A stretch of 64,000 nucleotides of DNA from Dipteris shenzhenensis. Lineage: Eukaryota. Under the pieces are notes generated by a model that had not been told where the DNA came from, did not search any database, and saw only the letters and a program-made list of their open reading frames with translations. The stretch lies in the NCBI GenBank assembly GCA_047967505.1, contig CM106538.1; one strand, 5' to 3'. Positions 38,566 through 50,573 of the stretch are shown here, piece by piece. Every line of letters begins with the position of its first letter. The stretch's first letter is position 1. Position numbers and translations under genes: made by a program.

Positions 38566-39118
38566 CTAAATCCTAAAATACATACTAAAGTTTTTGGTTG
38601 CCATCTAAAGTTTTTGGTTTTGCGAAGTCAAAGAAACACATACTAAAATAGTAAGACATTAACAAAAATGAACAAAACTGAAAACAAGCGAATAAATGGT
38701 GAAAGGAGCTTATTGTCTTGAAAGTTTAAGAGCATCACAACAACAATGATGCAATGAGGAATGCTTGTTGAAGAGAGAATGAAATGGCTCGTTGTGGGTG
38801 AAAGTAGTAGAATGCGGAGAACAAGAGAAAGTGGACGATTGTTTTGGGTCATCACATGGAATGGAGCTCTGTTTTGATTTTGGGTCCACATCACTTGATA
38901 CGGCAGGCAAACCGTAAAAGAATTTAAAAAAAATCTTCTTATTAATGCCACACGCTTGTAACAACATGAAGTACTATTTTCTTTGTCATATTTTTGCCTT
39001 TTTTTGTGAAATCTCTACATTATGTTGGCCTTCTCCTCATTGGTTGAGAGAGATTTTTTCAAAACCCGAAAAGGTCCCAAAATGAGCTCCCTTTTTTCCT
39101 AATGTTATTCATAGACCC

Positions 39119-41630
39119 GCAACATCAATGGTTCACTTTATTACTTGACTTTCATCGACGAATACATCAGATATTGTTGGGTCTACTTTCAGAAAGAGAA
39201 ATCAAAAGTGTTTTCTAGATTTCAAGAATTCAAAGCCATGGTAGAAAACCAAACAAGCAGAAAGATCAAAGTCATGAGATTGGATAGAGGAGGTGAATAC
39301 ATGTCTTCACCATTCATGAACTTTTGTAGAAGTCATGGCATTCGAAGATAATTCACTTGTGCAGATACTCCTCAGCAGAATGCAAGAGCTGAAAGGAAGA
39401 ATGGTACTTTAGTAGACAGTGCTAGAGCAATGATTAATGAGAAGCATCTTATTGGGCAGAAGCAATAGCCACCAAAGATGTTTTTATCGAAACTATACTT
39501 ATATATTAATATAAAATCTTGGCGAAAGTTTATTGAGCTAGTTTTTTTAGTTTCATGATGTTAACCGAACATGTTATAAAAATTTTATTTTTTTTTTGAA
39601 TTTTGAAGAAAATGTTATAAATCCTGGCGAATCTTTAAGTTTTTTCTCATAAAAGTTTCAAATCTTGGCGAATGTTTCAAACCTTTATTTTTATTAGGGC
39701 ATACAAACTTTGGACACCAATTTTAAAGTTTCACCTCTTAACGAAACTAAGAGGAAAAAATCATCCATGATAGCCACTACAAACTACTTGCTTAATTGGC
39801 TTCCTACCGAACTGATACAAGGTATGACACCTTATGAAGCATTCACTGGACATAAGCCACACATTGGGCATGTCCACATATTTGCTTGCATAGCATATGC
39901 ATACAAGTTGTTTGATCCCATCAACCACAAGGTCATTATCTCCAGAGTTGTAATCTTTGATGAGGAATCAGAATGGAAAACCTCAAATATACAACAGATA
40001 GACTCACCAATTATTCAGTCATCCATAGAAAAGGTTGATGAAGAAGAGCAAGAATTGCCAAAAACACCCTAAGCAAAGCCACAATAGCTCAAACAGTCTA
40101 CTAGGTAAAGCAAACCTCCAAGTAGATTGACATATGCTCAAAAAGGAAAAGCAATTCAAGTTGAAACCACCAACTATGCTCTTATGACTACCATCATGGC
40201 TATAGAAGAGCCAGTGTACTTCAAAGATGAAGTAGACAAGCCAGAATAGAAAACCACTATGAATGAAGAAATGGATGCTTTGTATAAGAATAATACTTGG
40301 GAATTATGTGACCTTCCACTAGGAAAGAAGGCCATAGCAAACAAATGGGTATACAAAGTGAAGTACAATCCAGATGGAAGTATTCAAATATACAAAGCCA
40401 GACTAGTTGCAAAAGGATTTGCATAGCAATATGGTCAAGATTACGATGAGACTTATGCTCCAGTATCAAAGATGGATTCCATACGGTTCTTGATATCACT
40501 AATGACACTCAGCAGATGGAATGTGTACCCGCTTGATGTCAAGAATGCATTTCTCAATGGTTATCTAAATGAGGAAGTCTACATGAAACAACCAACAGGT
40601 TATGTTGAACCAAAAAAGGAGAATAAGGTTTGACATCTTAAGAAAAGTCTCTACGACTTAAAGCAAGCACCCAGAAGTTGGTATAACAGAATCAACAAGT
40701 ATTTTGCTGATTTGGGATACATAAAGTCCAATGCAGATCATACTCTCTACTACAAAGTTCAAGGGGAAGACATTACTATTGTACTTTTGTATGTAGGTGA
40801 TCTGATTGACTGTAAGCAAGGATAGCTTCATTAGAAAACTAAAACAAGACTATTCTATAGAGTTCGACATGAAAGATCGTTGACTTATGCACTATTGTCT
40901 TGGAATTGAGTTTTGGAGAGATTCAGACATCACCTTCATGAGTTAGCTCAACTATGTTCACAATCTCCTGAAGAAGTTTCATGTGGCAGATTGCAAGATT
41001 GCAACCACTCCCATGGAACAAAGTTTGAAACTTACTAAATATTAAGTTCACTAGCACAATTTATGGGGCAATTCCAAAACAGTCTCACTAGAATGCAGCA
41101 AGATAGTTTGGGATAGAATACAAAGGAGGTCATCCAAGGTTGCATGGATACTATGACAGTGACTATGCCAGAGATCATGAGACCAAGAGATCCGCATAGG
41201 GATATGCATTTTTCCTTGTTCAAGGTGCTATATCATGTTTCTCAAACAAATAGCCAACTGTTTCTTTGTCTTTGACTAAAGCAAAATATAGAGCACTCAC
41301 TATAGGTGCATGTGAGGCTATATGGCTCAAAAGACTATTGTCAAAAATAGATTACTTTGATGAGTCAAAGCCAACAACAATATACTGTGATAATCAATTG
41401 GCTCAAGCATTGGCCAAGAATCCAATATATCACTCCAAGACAAAGCACATTGATATCAGAGAGCACTTCATGAGAGAAAGAGTGTTACTTGGTGGCATCA
41501 CACTGTAGCATTGTGATAGCAAAGAGAATGTTGTAGACATCTTTACCAAACCACTCGGTAAGGCGCTTTGCGAGAAACACCGACAAGCTATTGGTTTGAT
41601 GTAGAGGAAGGACATTCCCATTAAAGGGGT
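39119..41630 (+). pseudogene. Degenerate copia family C pol (IN-RT-RH), starting abruptly inside integrase
   Basis: YYLTFIDEY, RLDRGGEYMS, TPQQNARAERK, LDVKNAFLNG, YCDNQ...HSKTKHIDIREH; PPT AAAGGGG near 41623-41629. Confidence 0.9.
39473..39769. mobile_element. Non-autonomous hAT (Ac/Ds-like) MITE, copy 1
   Basis: 8-bp TSD ATAGCCAC (39465-39472, 39770-39777); termini CAAAGATG / CATCCATG resemble Ac CAGGGATG. Confidence 0.85.
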
Positions 41631-41722
41631 GTGATGGAATGTAACGTTCAATCCTTCTTCGATTCCCCAAAATCATCATCTTCAGGGAAGGCCTACTTCA
41701 TGATGTTGATCTTGATGGAAGG

Positions 41723-41952
41723 TGTTGAGAGATTGCGCTCAACATCATGTGATCATATGTGCATAGCACTAACCCAATAGAGTTCTATAAAGGAAAGGGT
41801 TAGATGCCCTAACCCTAACCCTAGATGGATTTGTATATATTCTATATTTTCAACTAAATCTAGTGTACAGTTAGTCATTTGTGGTGTGCTCTCTAGCTGT
41901 GCCCCCTCTCCTCATCTCCACTCTTCTCCTCTCCCCTCTTCATATTTTATCA
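41723..41952 (+). repeat. Probable solo LTR (230 bp)
   Basis: TGTTGAGAG...TTTATCA with a near-TSD GAAGG/GAAGC; termini resemble the LTR at 43493-43700. Confidence 0.6.
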
Positions 41953-42720
41953 GAAGCTTGGCTGAAGGTTTGCTTGGGTTGACAGAGGAGCTAATAGTAG
42001 TCATAGTTCATCTGGGTTGTTGTAGGAGCCGTGTTGCTGGGCTATTGTAGGAGCCCGTGTTGGGAGATAATAGTAGCCGTAGCTCACCTGAGGAGCTATC
42101 TCATGTAGGTGTTGTTGGATGAGGTGCTAGCTTAAAGCTGGGCTGAAGCTTGTAGAGCGTGTTGAATTCATGTGTCGTAGAGGCCAGCATGGGCTAGAGA
42201 TGGTCATTGCAAGGCTACAAAAAATGGCAAAGATGCACTGTAGGTCATTGTGTGGAGCGTAGATGATTGATAGTGAGGCACTTGGCATCTGTGGAGACGT
42301 TGCTTATTGCAGCTCATTGGAGAGCTTGCTTGCAAGAAGCTTTGGTAGCACTGCTCATTGTGGCTGCTCTATGGAGGCATTGGTTGTGTGCTACAGCCTA
42401 TTTTGGAGCTCTATTATGAACTACCTAAGCGTTGATGGAGCCTTAAAGTGTTTCTATAGTCGATGTTGTAGTTTTCACCTTGTTTGGGCATCGAGCTTGT
42501 CTTGACTTGCTTGTCTTGGAAGATCTCGACCGTGGATGGTGATTGGTCTGAGGCTCCTTGCCTGTGGTGGAGAAGCGCTGGGAACTTGGAGTTACTAGGC
42601 TGCTGCCTATAGACACTTAGGGTAGGACTATAGCCTTAGATGCTGTAGAGAGTTTAGCTCAATCTTGTTGTAGTAGTAGCTGAGTCATAGTAGCTAATTC
42701 TTAGTTTGAAGCTCAAGCAT

Positions 42721-43058
42721 CATGGATTATTTTTTCTTGTTAGTTTTCTTAAGAGGCAGAACTTTTATATTCGAGATGAAACTTTGTGTGCCCTAAAAAA
42801 ACTAAAGGTTTGAAACATTCGACAGGATTTGAAACTTTAATGAGAAAAAATTTACAGTTTCGCCAAGCTTTACAAGTTTCATAATAATGATAGAATGTAT
42901 TATAGTTTTTTATATTACTTTTTGTATAATGATAGAATATATTATATTTTTTATATTATTTTTTGAAATTTGAAGAAAAACTTAAAAAGCTAGCTCAATA
43001 AACTTTTGCCAAGATTTTATATTAATATATAAGTAGACCTTCAATAAAAACATCCCTC
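42721..43058. mobile_element. hAT MITE copy 2, opposite orientation
   Basis: 8-bp TSD TCAAGCAT (42713-42720, 43059-43066); reverse-complement homology to 39473-39769. Confidence 0.85.
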
Positions 43059-43480
43059 TCAAGCATGGTTCTAAGAGTACACAACTCTAGGAGAGTAACC
43101 ATTGAAGTAGACCTTTCATATCTCTCAGAGGATTCAAAAATCTCTTCAGAGGATACATCACACTAAACCTCTCCATCTCATTGAAGAGATTTCAACACAA
43201 TAATGACCATATGTCTCTCTGCATAACTTAGAATGACAAGCTTTTTGAACCAAAATAGAGAAGAGAAGGAGCTCTACAAGAAGAGAAAGAGTAAAAACAA
43301 AGATTCCTTATGAGGGAGGGCTTATTCCTTGATAGAGAAAGGTCCTGACGCCTTGACAAGGTCAAGGGCTTGCTCTCTCAAATAGAAAACTATCTCAAAT
43401 GATGAACCTCAATCTCGAAGATGGAGGATGCCTCGTGGAAGGAGGGCTTGACAGTCATGAAGGGAGTGGGAGAACCATCA

Positions 43481-43503
43481 GCTCTGATACCATGATAAAC
43501 TAG

Positions 43504-43561
<58 letters not shown>

Positions 43562-43700
43562 ACATGATATAACTACATGTTCACTATGTTGTATTGATCA
43601 CATAAACATGAATATATACATGAGAATCCCTTAAGGGTATGGTTAGGTTTTGCCCTATGAACCCTATCTAGATAGTACAATTCACACTATCCTCTCAATA
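43481..43700 (-). mobile_element. Minus-strand PBS (43481-43492) and short 5' LTR (about 43493-43700) containing a (GA)n tract
   Basis: GCTCTGATACCA followed by TGATAAAC...; (GA)n at 43503-43560. Confidence 0.65.
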
Positions 43701-44099
43701 GAAAGTCTAATTGTTAGCATCCTTTGCCTTTCATCCCCTAGTTCCATCAAGATGAATTTCAAAACCAATGTCAATTTTAGATAGAATCTAAAGCTTGAAC
43801 AATCGGATACCATAATGGTATTAAAAAGAGCATGGATGAATGGACTCAAGGCGCTACATGATTAGGGAGGTGACACAATCTCCATGACACACCATGGGAA
43901 AGATGTGCAAACACAAATTGCAAATACCACAATATAGAAGGAATGCAAGCATAAATGCCTAAAAGTGGAAGGGCCACATGAGTCAAACATTGAAAACAAG
44001 CTACTGGCACTCAATATTGTGCTAATAGCAACCATTGAATCAATGAGGGTAGCATTGGAGGCAAGATGAGGAGACAAATATGGCTTTCCCAAATGGCTT

Positions 44100-46400
44100 C
44101 ACCAAAGACAAATTGATAAAGAGCGGTGTGCATTGCAAGAAGAACTAAAACCAAATTCTTATCATTTCAAAACCAATTCCAATGTGATAGAAATGGTACC
44201 AAATGAAATGTAACTATGCCAACTTGGTAAAAGATAAGATGATTGAGTTGCTAAGGGTAGGATTTATCTACCAGTTAGATAATTGTGGATTTGTTGTTCC
44301 CCATCATGATTGTGCCAAAGAAAATGGCAAGTTGAGAGTCTGTGTCAACTATAAAATCTTTAATGAAAAGAGGATCAAAGAACCATTCTTGTTACTCTTC
44401 ATATAGATAGCATCATGGATAGGCATGAGATGTGTTAGTTCATGCATGTACAAAAGGTATTGCTAAAATGGTGGGAGACTCAAATTTCCCTCAATCAAAA
44501 CAAATGTGTATTCTTTGTTCTCAGGTCTCTTAGTAGGGCATATTATTTTAGGTGAACAAATCATAATTAAGAAGTACCAAATTGATGCCATATAAAATAA
44601 CAAAGAGCCAAGAAACATCTAGGGAATTTGGTCTTCCATGGAGTTCCTCAACTTCTATAGGCAATTTTTCAAAAAATTTAGGGCAGTAGCCAAACCCCTC
44701 CATTAGCAGATACAAAGTTTGACTGGAATAGAGGCTGATACAAATTTCTCCAATATTGCAAGAGATGGTAGTGAAGGCATCTATACTCAAAAACCTTATC
44801 TTTCATGTGCAAGTGAATGCATTCGAATGGCAATTGGGAGCTCAAGCAGATGGGAACTTGAATTTCCCCTTACGTGAGAAAAATGTTCTCAACAATAGAT
44901 ATGAATTTTTTGACCATCAAAATGGAGAAATTACGAATGATGTATAGTGTTCAAATGTTTTTGAAATATCATATGGATAGCCCATTCACCTTGTATGTGG
45001 ATGACTAGGTGTTCTTATACCTGATCAACAAATTGATTTCGAAGAAATAATTGATTAGATGGATGCTACTATTCTGTAGCAATTCAATTTCAAGATCATC
45101 CACAAAGTTAGTTCATATCATAGTGGTGCCAACTAGTTGTCTGGCACTAGGACAAGAAATCCATAGAAGGGATATATGATGGTCTTCTGGTTTTCAGTAT
45201 TGATATACGGACACAAGCATGCAAAGATCATGTAGTACCTCTCTGATGGCATTCCCCAAAGATGCAAGCATAGATGAATAGCAAATAATTGCACTCAAAC
45301 CTTGGAGTTGCATGTTGATAGTATGCCACTTGTATAGAAAAGAGGAGAAAATCATCCTCTGAAAATGCATATTTTTACACGAAAGAGCAGTTGTCATTGA
45401 TGAAACATGAAAGAGCAATTGTCATGGACGAAGCAAGGTAAGGAGTGAAAGGTGGTCATTTTTCCACTAAAGTCACATTTTAAAAATTCTAATTGCATGA
45501 CTATGGTAGAGTACCATCCACACAAATGTTGCAAGACACTGCAAGAGATGTGTTGCATGCCAATGGGTAGGGATGCTAACCTTCCAAGATCATGTCATTG
45601 TGGTCAAAATACCCATGGGAGACCTCACAACAAATACAGGTATTGGATTTCATCGGTTCATTCAAAGTCCTAACCCATTTGGGGGGGACCAAATATATCA
45701 TGGTGAAGATTGATTATGTCATCAAATTGACAAAATCTAAAGCCTTGCATGACAACATATCTTGAGGAACAATAAGCTTCTTATACAAAAATATCGTCTA
45801 TAGATTTGGATGCCCCATTGAAATCATGTCAAACCAAGGATTTCACTTCATCAATTTGCTTATTGAGATCCTGAGGAAATCAAAAACTAGTACAAGAAAT
45901 CAGCAACATACTATCCAATGGAAAATGGTCAAGTTGAAGCAGCAAATCATGTGTGTTAGAAGATTCTCCACAAAACTATAAATGAGCACCAAAATGAGAT
46001 CACACACTTTACACAACACTATGGGCCTATTGAATACCATTCAAGTTCGTGATGAAGCACACTCTACTCTAGCCGGAATTCGGTCTAGAAGCAATTGTAC
46101 CAATTGAATTCCTTTTTCCAAGTTTAAGGATAGTCATTCAACATATGAATGCCAAGTTTAGGACAGCCATTCAGCATAGAAATGCCCAAGAAGAAGCCCT
46201 CTAGAAATGTGTGGACAAATTGTCCAATGTAGTGTAGTGGAGGAGGCATGACATCATTGCCACATTAAGAGAAGATCATTCAAGGAAGGTATAGTACACC
46301 ATTGGGAGCATTGAAGCAAAACCTCAATCAAGTATGGGTTAGACCATGCAGAATCAAGTTCTTTGACAATGGAAGATCAGAAGGAAATGAATTGTAGAAC
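44100..46400 (+). pseudogene. Highly degenerate Ty3/gypsy pol (RT-RH-IN order)
   Basis: LLRVGFIY...NGKLRVCVNYK; integrase remnants IVYRFGCPIEIMSNQG, YYPMENGQVEAAN, FGLEAIVPIEF. Confidence 0.75.
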
Positions 46401-48557
46401 TGAAGCAATGGTACGAAGACCAAGTTTTTTTACCATAAGAATTTGCCGGGTAGCCAATATCATCCATCAAATAAGTGAAAATTCCAAGGGGACATTACAT
46501 GTAAAAATCAAGATTAATGCTCTAATCAAGCAATATTATGAGTGGAGGAATTGACAAATTGCTCCATGGATTCCCAAAAATTTGCAAGAACAAATGGATG
46601 CAATTCCACAACAAGGGGGAGCCTCATGATGGAAAGGATAGGAGTAAAGGAGGTGGTGAATTGGTGGTTGAAAGACATGCAAGAGAGAACCCTAAATGCC
46701 CCACTACATAAGAGTTTTAAGAATTGGGGCTCTTTTTTGTCATTTGAGAAATTTACAAAGCTAAAATCTCTCTTACATCCATAGCATCCAAAATACCCAC
46801 CACACACATCTCCCAGAAACTTGTACCAACTAGACAAATGGGGAGAGAACCACAACAAAGAGGAGGCATTGAGAAGATGGATGTACCAACAATGTCCCTT
46901 GATGTATTTGATAGGACATTAATGTATTATTCCATGCCTAAGAGAATTTCATGCCTCTTAGAGTGGTGGACTTTAGGCCTATATGATTAAGGAGAAAACA
47001 AAAAGATTAAGGGCAACATGGGCATCCTTGCAAGATGAGGCAACTTGAAGAAGCGAGGGCAATCAAGGAACATGTCCAAGCAATTTGCAAGGCTAATGAA
47101 GCAAGGAAAGAGGTAAATCTGCTCAAAGACAAAATAAAGAAGCAGAAGCACATGAACAGGCATCACAAGCATAGGGTCAAAGTTGCAATGGCCAACATTG
47201 AGTAGGTCGAGAAGGAGAACATCAATCTAAATACATGTGTTGAGGTTTGGAAGCATAGCTTCAAGTAGAGTACCAATCTATCAATCTAAACTCACCAAAT
47301 TCTAGGAAAAAATCACTAGTGATTAGGGATCCATTCCAAAGGATTAGGTTCCAACTCGGTTCCAAAGAGATAAAGTATACGCATAAGTTAAGGCATTGCT
47401 CCAACTACTGACAAAGGTGACAAAACCCCCTCAACTGAAGCCCCAAATAGAAGATGATCCCAAAAGAGTAGTAGGAGGGCCATCTACCACGACGACCCTA
47501 ACAACATCAACGGTCAAGTTCAACCTACTTAAAAGACATCAACAAGTATTGGAATGAGCCAAGTCGGGGTCACAAAAATACCAAGGTGCTTAAATAGGAG
47601 TTGCTATTTGGATATCATAGGATGAAAGTCCTCTATGAGTAGTAGAAGAGCTAGTCAATTGACCTCACCTCAAAGCTGAACCTAAAGACTTTGAGCCACC
47701 ACCAATGCCCACCATCCGAAGGACCCAAGTGTAGACGCTACATATAGCCCAACAACCTAGCCACTGTGAAGTCTAGACAGGGGATTAGTCTCGCCAATCT
47801 CCATCAGCATCCCTCTAAACACAAAGTAGATGTAGTGAAGAGCGATTTGGGTACAAATTGCAAAATCTCATAAGATAGGGGAGGCGGTGGCCAACCAAGA
47901 AAATATCTTGCTAGACACCATTGAAAAGATTCCATCTACTGGCTCAAGCTCACACAGACTAGTACTATAAGATGCATAGCATCTTGAAGGTTGAATCTTC
48001 CTGGATGTACGAATTGCCCAATGATAATGGCCAACATGAAGTAGTGCCACACAGTACAATAGTAGGACATTGAAGCCTTGAGGAATTGGCTTGAGAGTAA
48101 ATTGGGGGTATTGTTAAACCCCGTGAATGAGAAGGTGAGATTTCAACATAAGGCAAGAAAAAATGAAGGACAAAGTTCAAGAATCAAAGGGTCACAACAA
48201 GGAAGAAATGAATGCATGGATCGAGCAAAGTAAAGGGAAAGAAAGGGACATTTCTTTTTCCCAAGTCAACATAATCTTCATCAACCAAGATAACTGCTAC
48301 TAAAGCATGCTAAATCAATACGATAGGAATCACCTATGTCATCTGATTTGTCATGTATGTCAAAGATTCATGTTAACCCCTCGTTAACATGGTGACTCAA
48401 GTCATGATATAGTGGCTCCGGTTGGGTTAGTTTGGATCAAGACCACACACGCGAGCAGGATATCAATTGTGGCTAGCACCACTAGCCAGGTGGTGCATTC
48501 CTAGGTTCCTAGGAAATGCAAAAGGCCATGATCATCGGCAAACCAATCAAAGTAGCA

Positions 48558-50573
48558 GAGTAAGGAAGACCAGGGATGTTTCAAAGCATCTAGAAGTGAG
48601 CCTATTTTGCACAGGTCTACCAAAGCTATAGGTATCCTATGGATAGGCTAAAATATGGTGGATTTACAGTCATTTACTATGCCTATATGGTCGAAGTGAT
48701 ACAAGAACCAGAACCCACTTCTTTTGAGCAAGCCATGAGAAAAGAAAAATGGGAGAAAGCCATGGATGCCTTGGAAGCAAATGCTACATGGGAATTGGTG
48801 CCTTTGCCTAAAGACAAGAATGCAATTGGCTGTAACTGGGTTTATAAGGTGAAGCACAATGCAGATGGTTCTGTGAACGGATACAAGGCAAGATTAGTTG
48901 TCAAGGGGTATGCACAGACATATGGCATTGATTATGAAGAAACATTCAGTTTGGTTGCAAGGATGGCAACCGTAAGAGCAGTCATTGCTATGGCTGCATC
49001 AAAGGGATGTAAAGAAAGCCTTCTCGCATGGTGATTTGTAATAAGAGGTCTTTATAGAGTAGCCACTAGGTTATGTTCATGCTGTTCATCCTGAGTTTGT
49101 TTGCAGGTTGAAGAAAGCCTTGTATGGCTTGAAGCAAGCACCTAGAACATGGTCTGACAAGATAGGACAATATCTTGTCACTATTGGCTTTCAGATTTCC
49201 AAGGCAGATTTCTCACTTTAAGTGAGAAAAACAGAGAAAGGTATTATGCTACTTGTCATTTATGTTGATGATTTGATCATCACAGGTGATAGTGATGAAG
49301 ATATCCTTCATGTGAAAATGCTATTGAAGTTGAAGTTTGAGATGAAGGATTTGGGAGAGCTGCGTTATTTCTTGGGCATTGAGGTGATTATATCACCAAG
49401 TGGGATACGGCTCTTGCAGAGGCAGTATGGATTAGACATGTTGTCTAAATATGGGTGATAGGCTATAAGCCTATTTCAGTTCCTTTGGAGTAGAATGTGA
49501 AGCTGAGCGCAGATGCAGGTGAGCTTTTGGAAGACCCTACTATGTACAGACACATAATAGGAAGTTTGATTTATATGACTATTACCAGGCCAAATTAGAG
49601 CTATGATGTTGGATTGGTAAGTCAGTTTATGCAGGCTCCAAGGAAACTGCATTTGGATGCGGCTAGATGCATACTCAAGTATGTGAAGTCCACATTGTAG
49701 TATGGACTATTTTATGAGGATGGGGTTGAGATATAGTTGCATGGATACACTGATGCTGATTGGGCTGGTAGTATTTCTAATAGGCGATCTACCAGTGGAT
49801 ATGTGCTCTCTTTTGGGAGTGCTATAGTAACTTGGAGCAGCAAGAAACAGCCTACAGTTGCCTTGTCGAGCACAGAGGCTGAGTACAGGGGTGCAACAAT
49901 GGCTACATGTGAGGTAGCTTGGTTGCATAAGCTACTTTATGATATGCATCAGTCTACAGATGGGCCAGTTGTCATTTATTGTAACAACATGAGCAGTATA
50001 CACATTGCAAATAACCCAGTCTATCATGCTAGAACAAAGCACATTGAGGTGCATTATCACTATGTGCGAGAGAAGGTTTTACTAGGTCTTATTGATCTAG
50101 TATATGTCAGCACACAGGATCAAGCAGCTGACATATTCACGAAGGCACTGGGCGCAGAGAAGCTGTGCAAGTTCAGAGACCTACTTGGTGTGCAGGAATT
50201 GGGATTGAGCTCGAGGGGGAGTGTTGAGATATCGAACTCCACTCATGATATGCCAGGGTGACCGTTGTGCATCTATATCACTAACTTGTTAGCTGCAGAT
50301 GCGTTTGGTACACCGCCCATGAATAATATCTAGATGACAGCTATCCTTATGTACTCTAGTTTGTGGCTCAGTTAGTATGCCACCTTAGTTAGCTGAGTTT
50401 GGTTTGAGACCCACATATAGGGTTCTTCTATTTCTTTGTACTAGAGCTCTTTTGGCTTTCACAACTAAGAAGAGAAAAAATATTTTCAGTCTCCACCTTT
50501 GTGTGTATTCCCCCATTGTGTATGTGAGAAAGCTGCAAGTGAGACTCCTTCCTTCTCTCCCACTATCTTCACA
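48558..50573 (+). mobile_element. Copia family A copy 3, 5'-truncated (RT-RH plus 3' LTR 50222-50573)
   Basis: Colinear with 16501-18550, with extra stops; PPT and TGTTGAG...CTTCACA LTR present. Confidence 0.95.

Noticed and set aside
41807-41824. CCCTAA telomere-like repeats
   Set aside because: Only 2-3 units inside an LTR; too short to be meaningful
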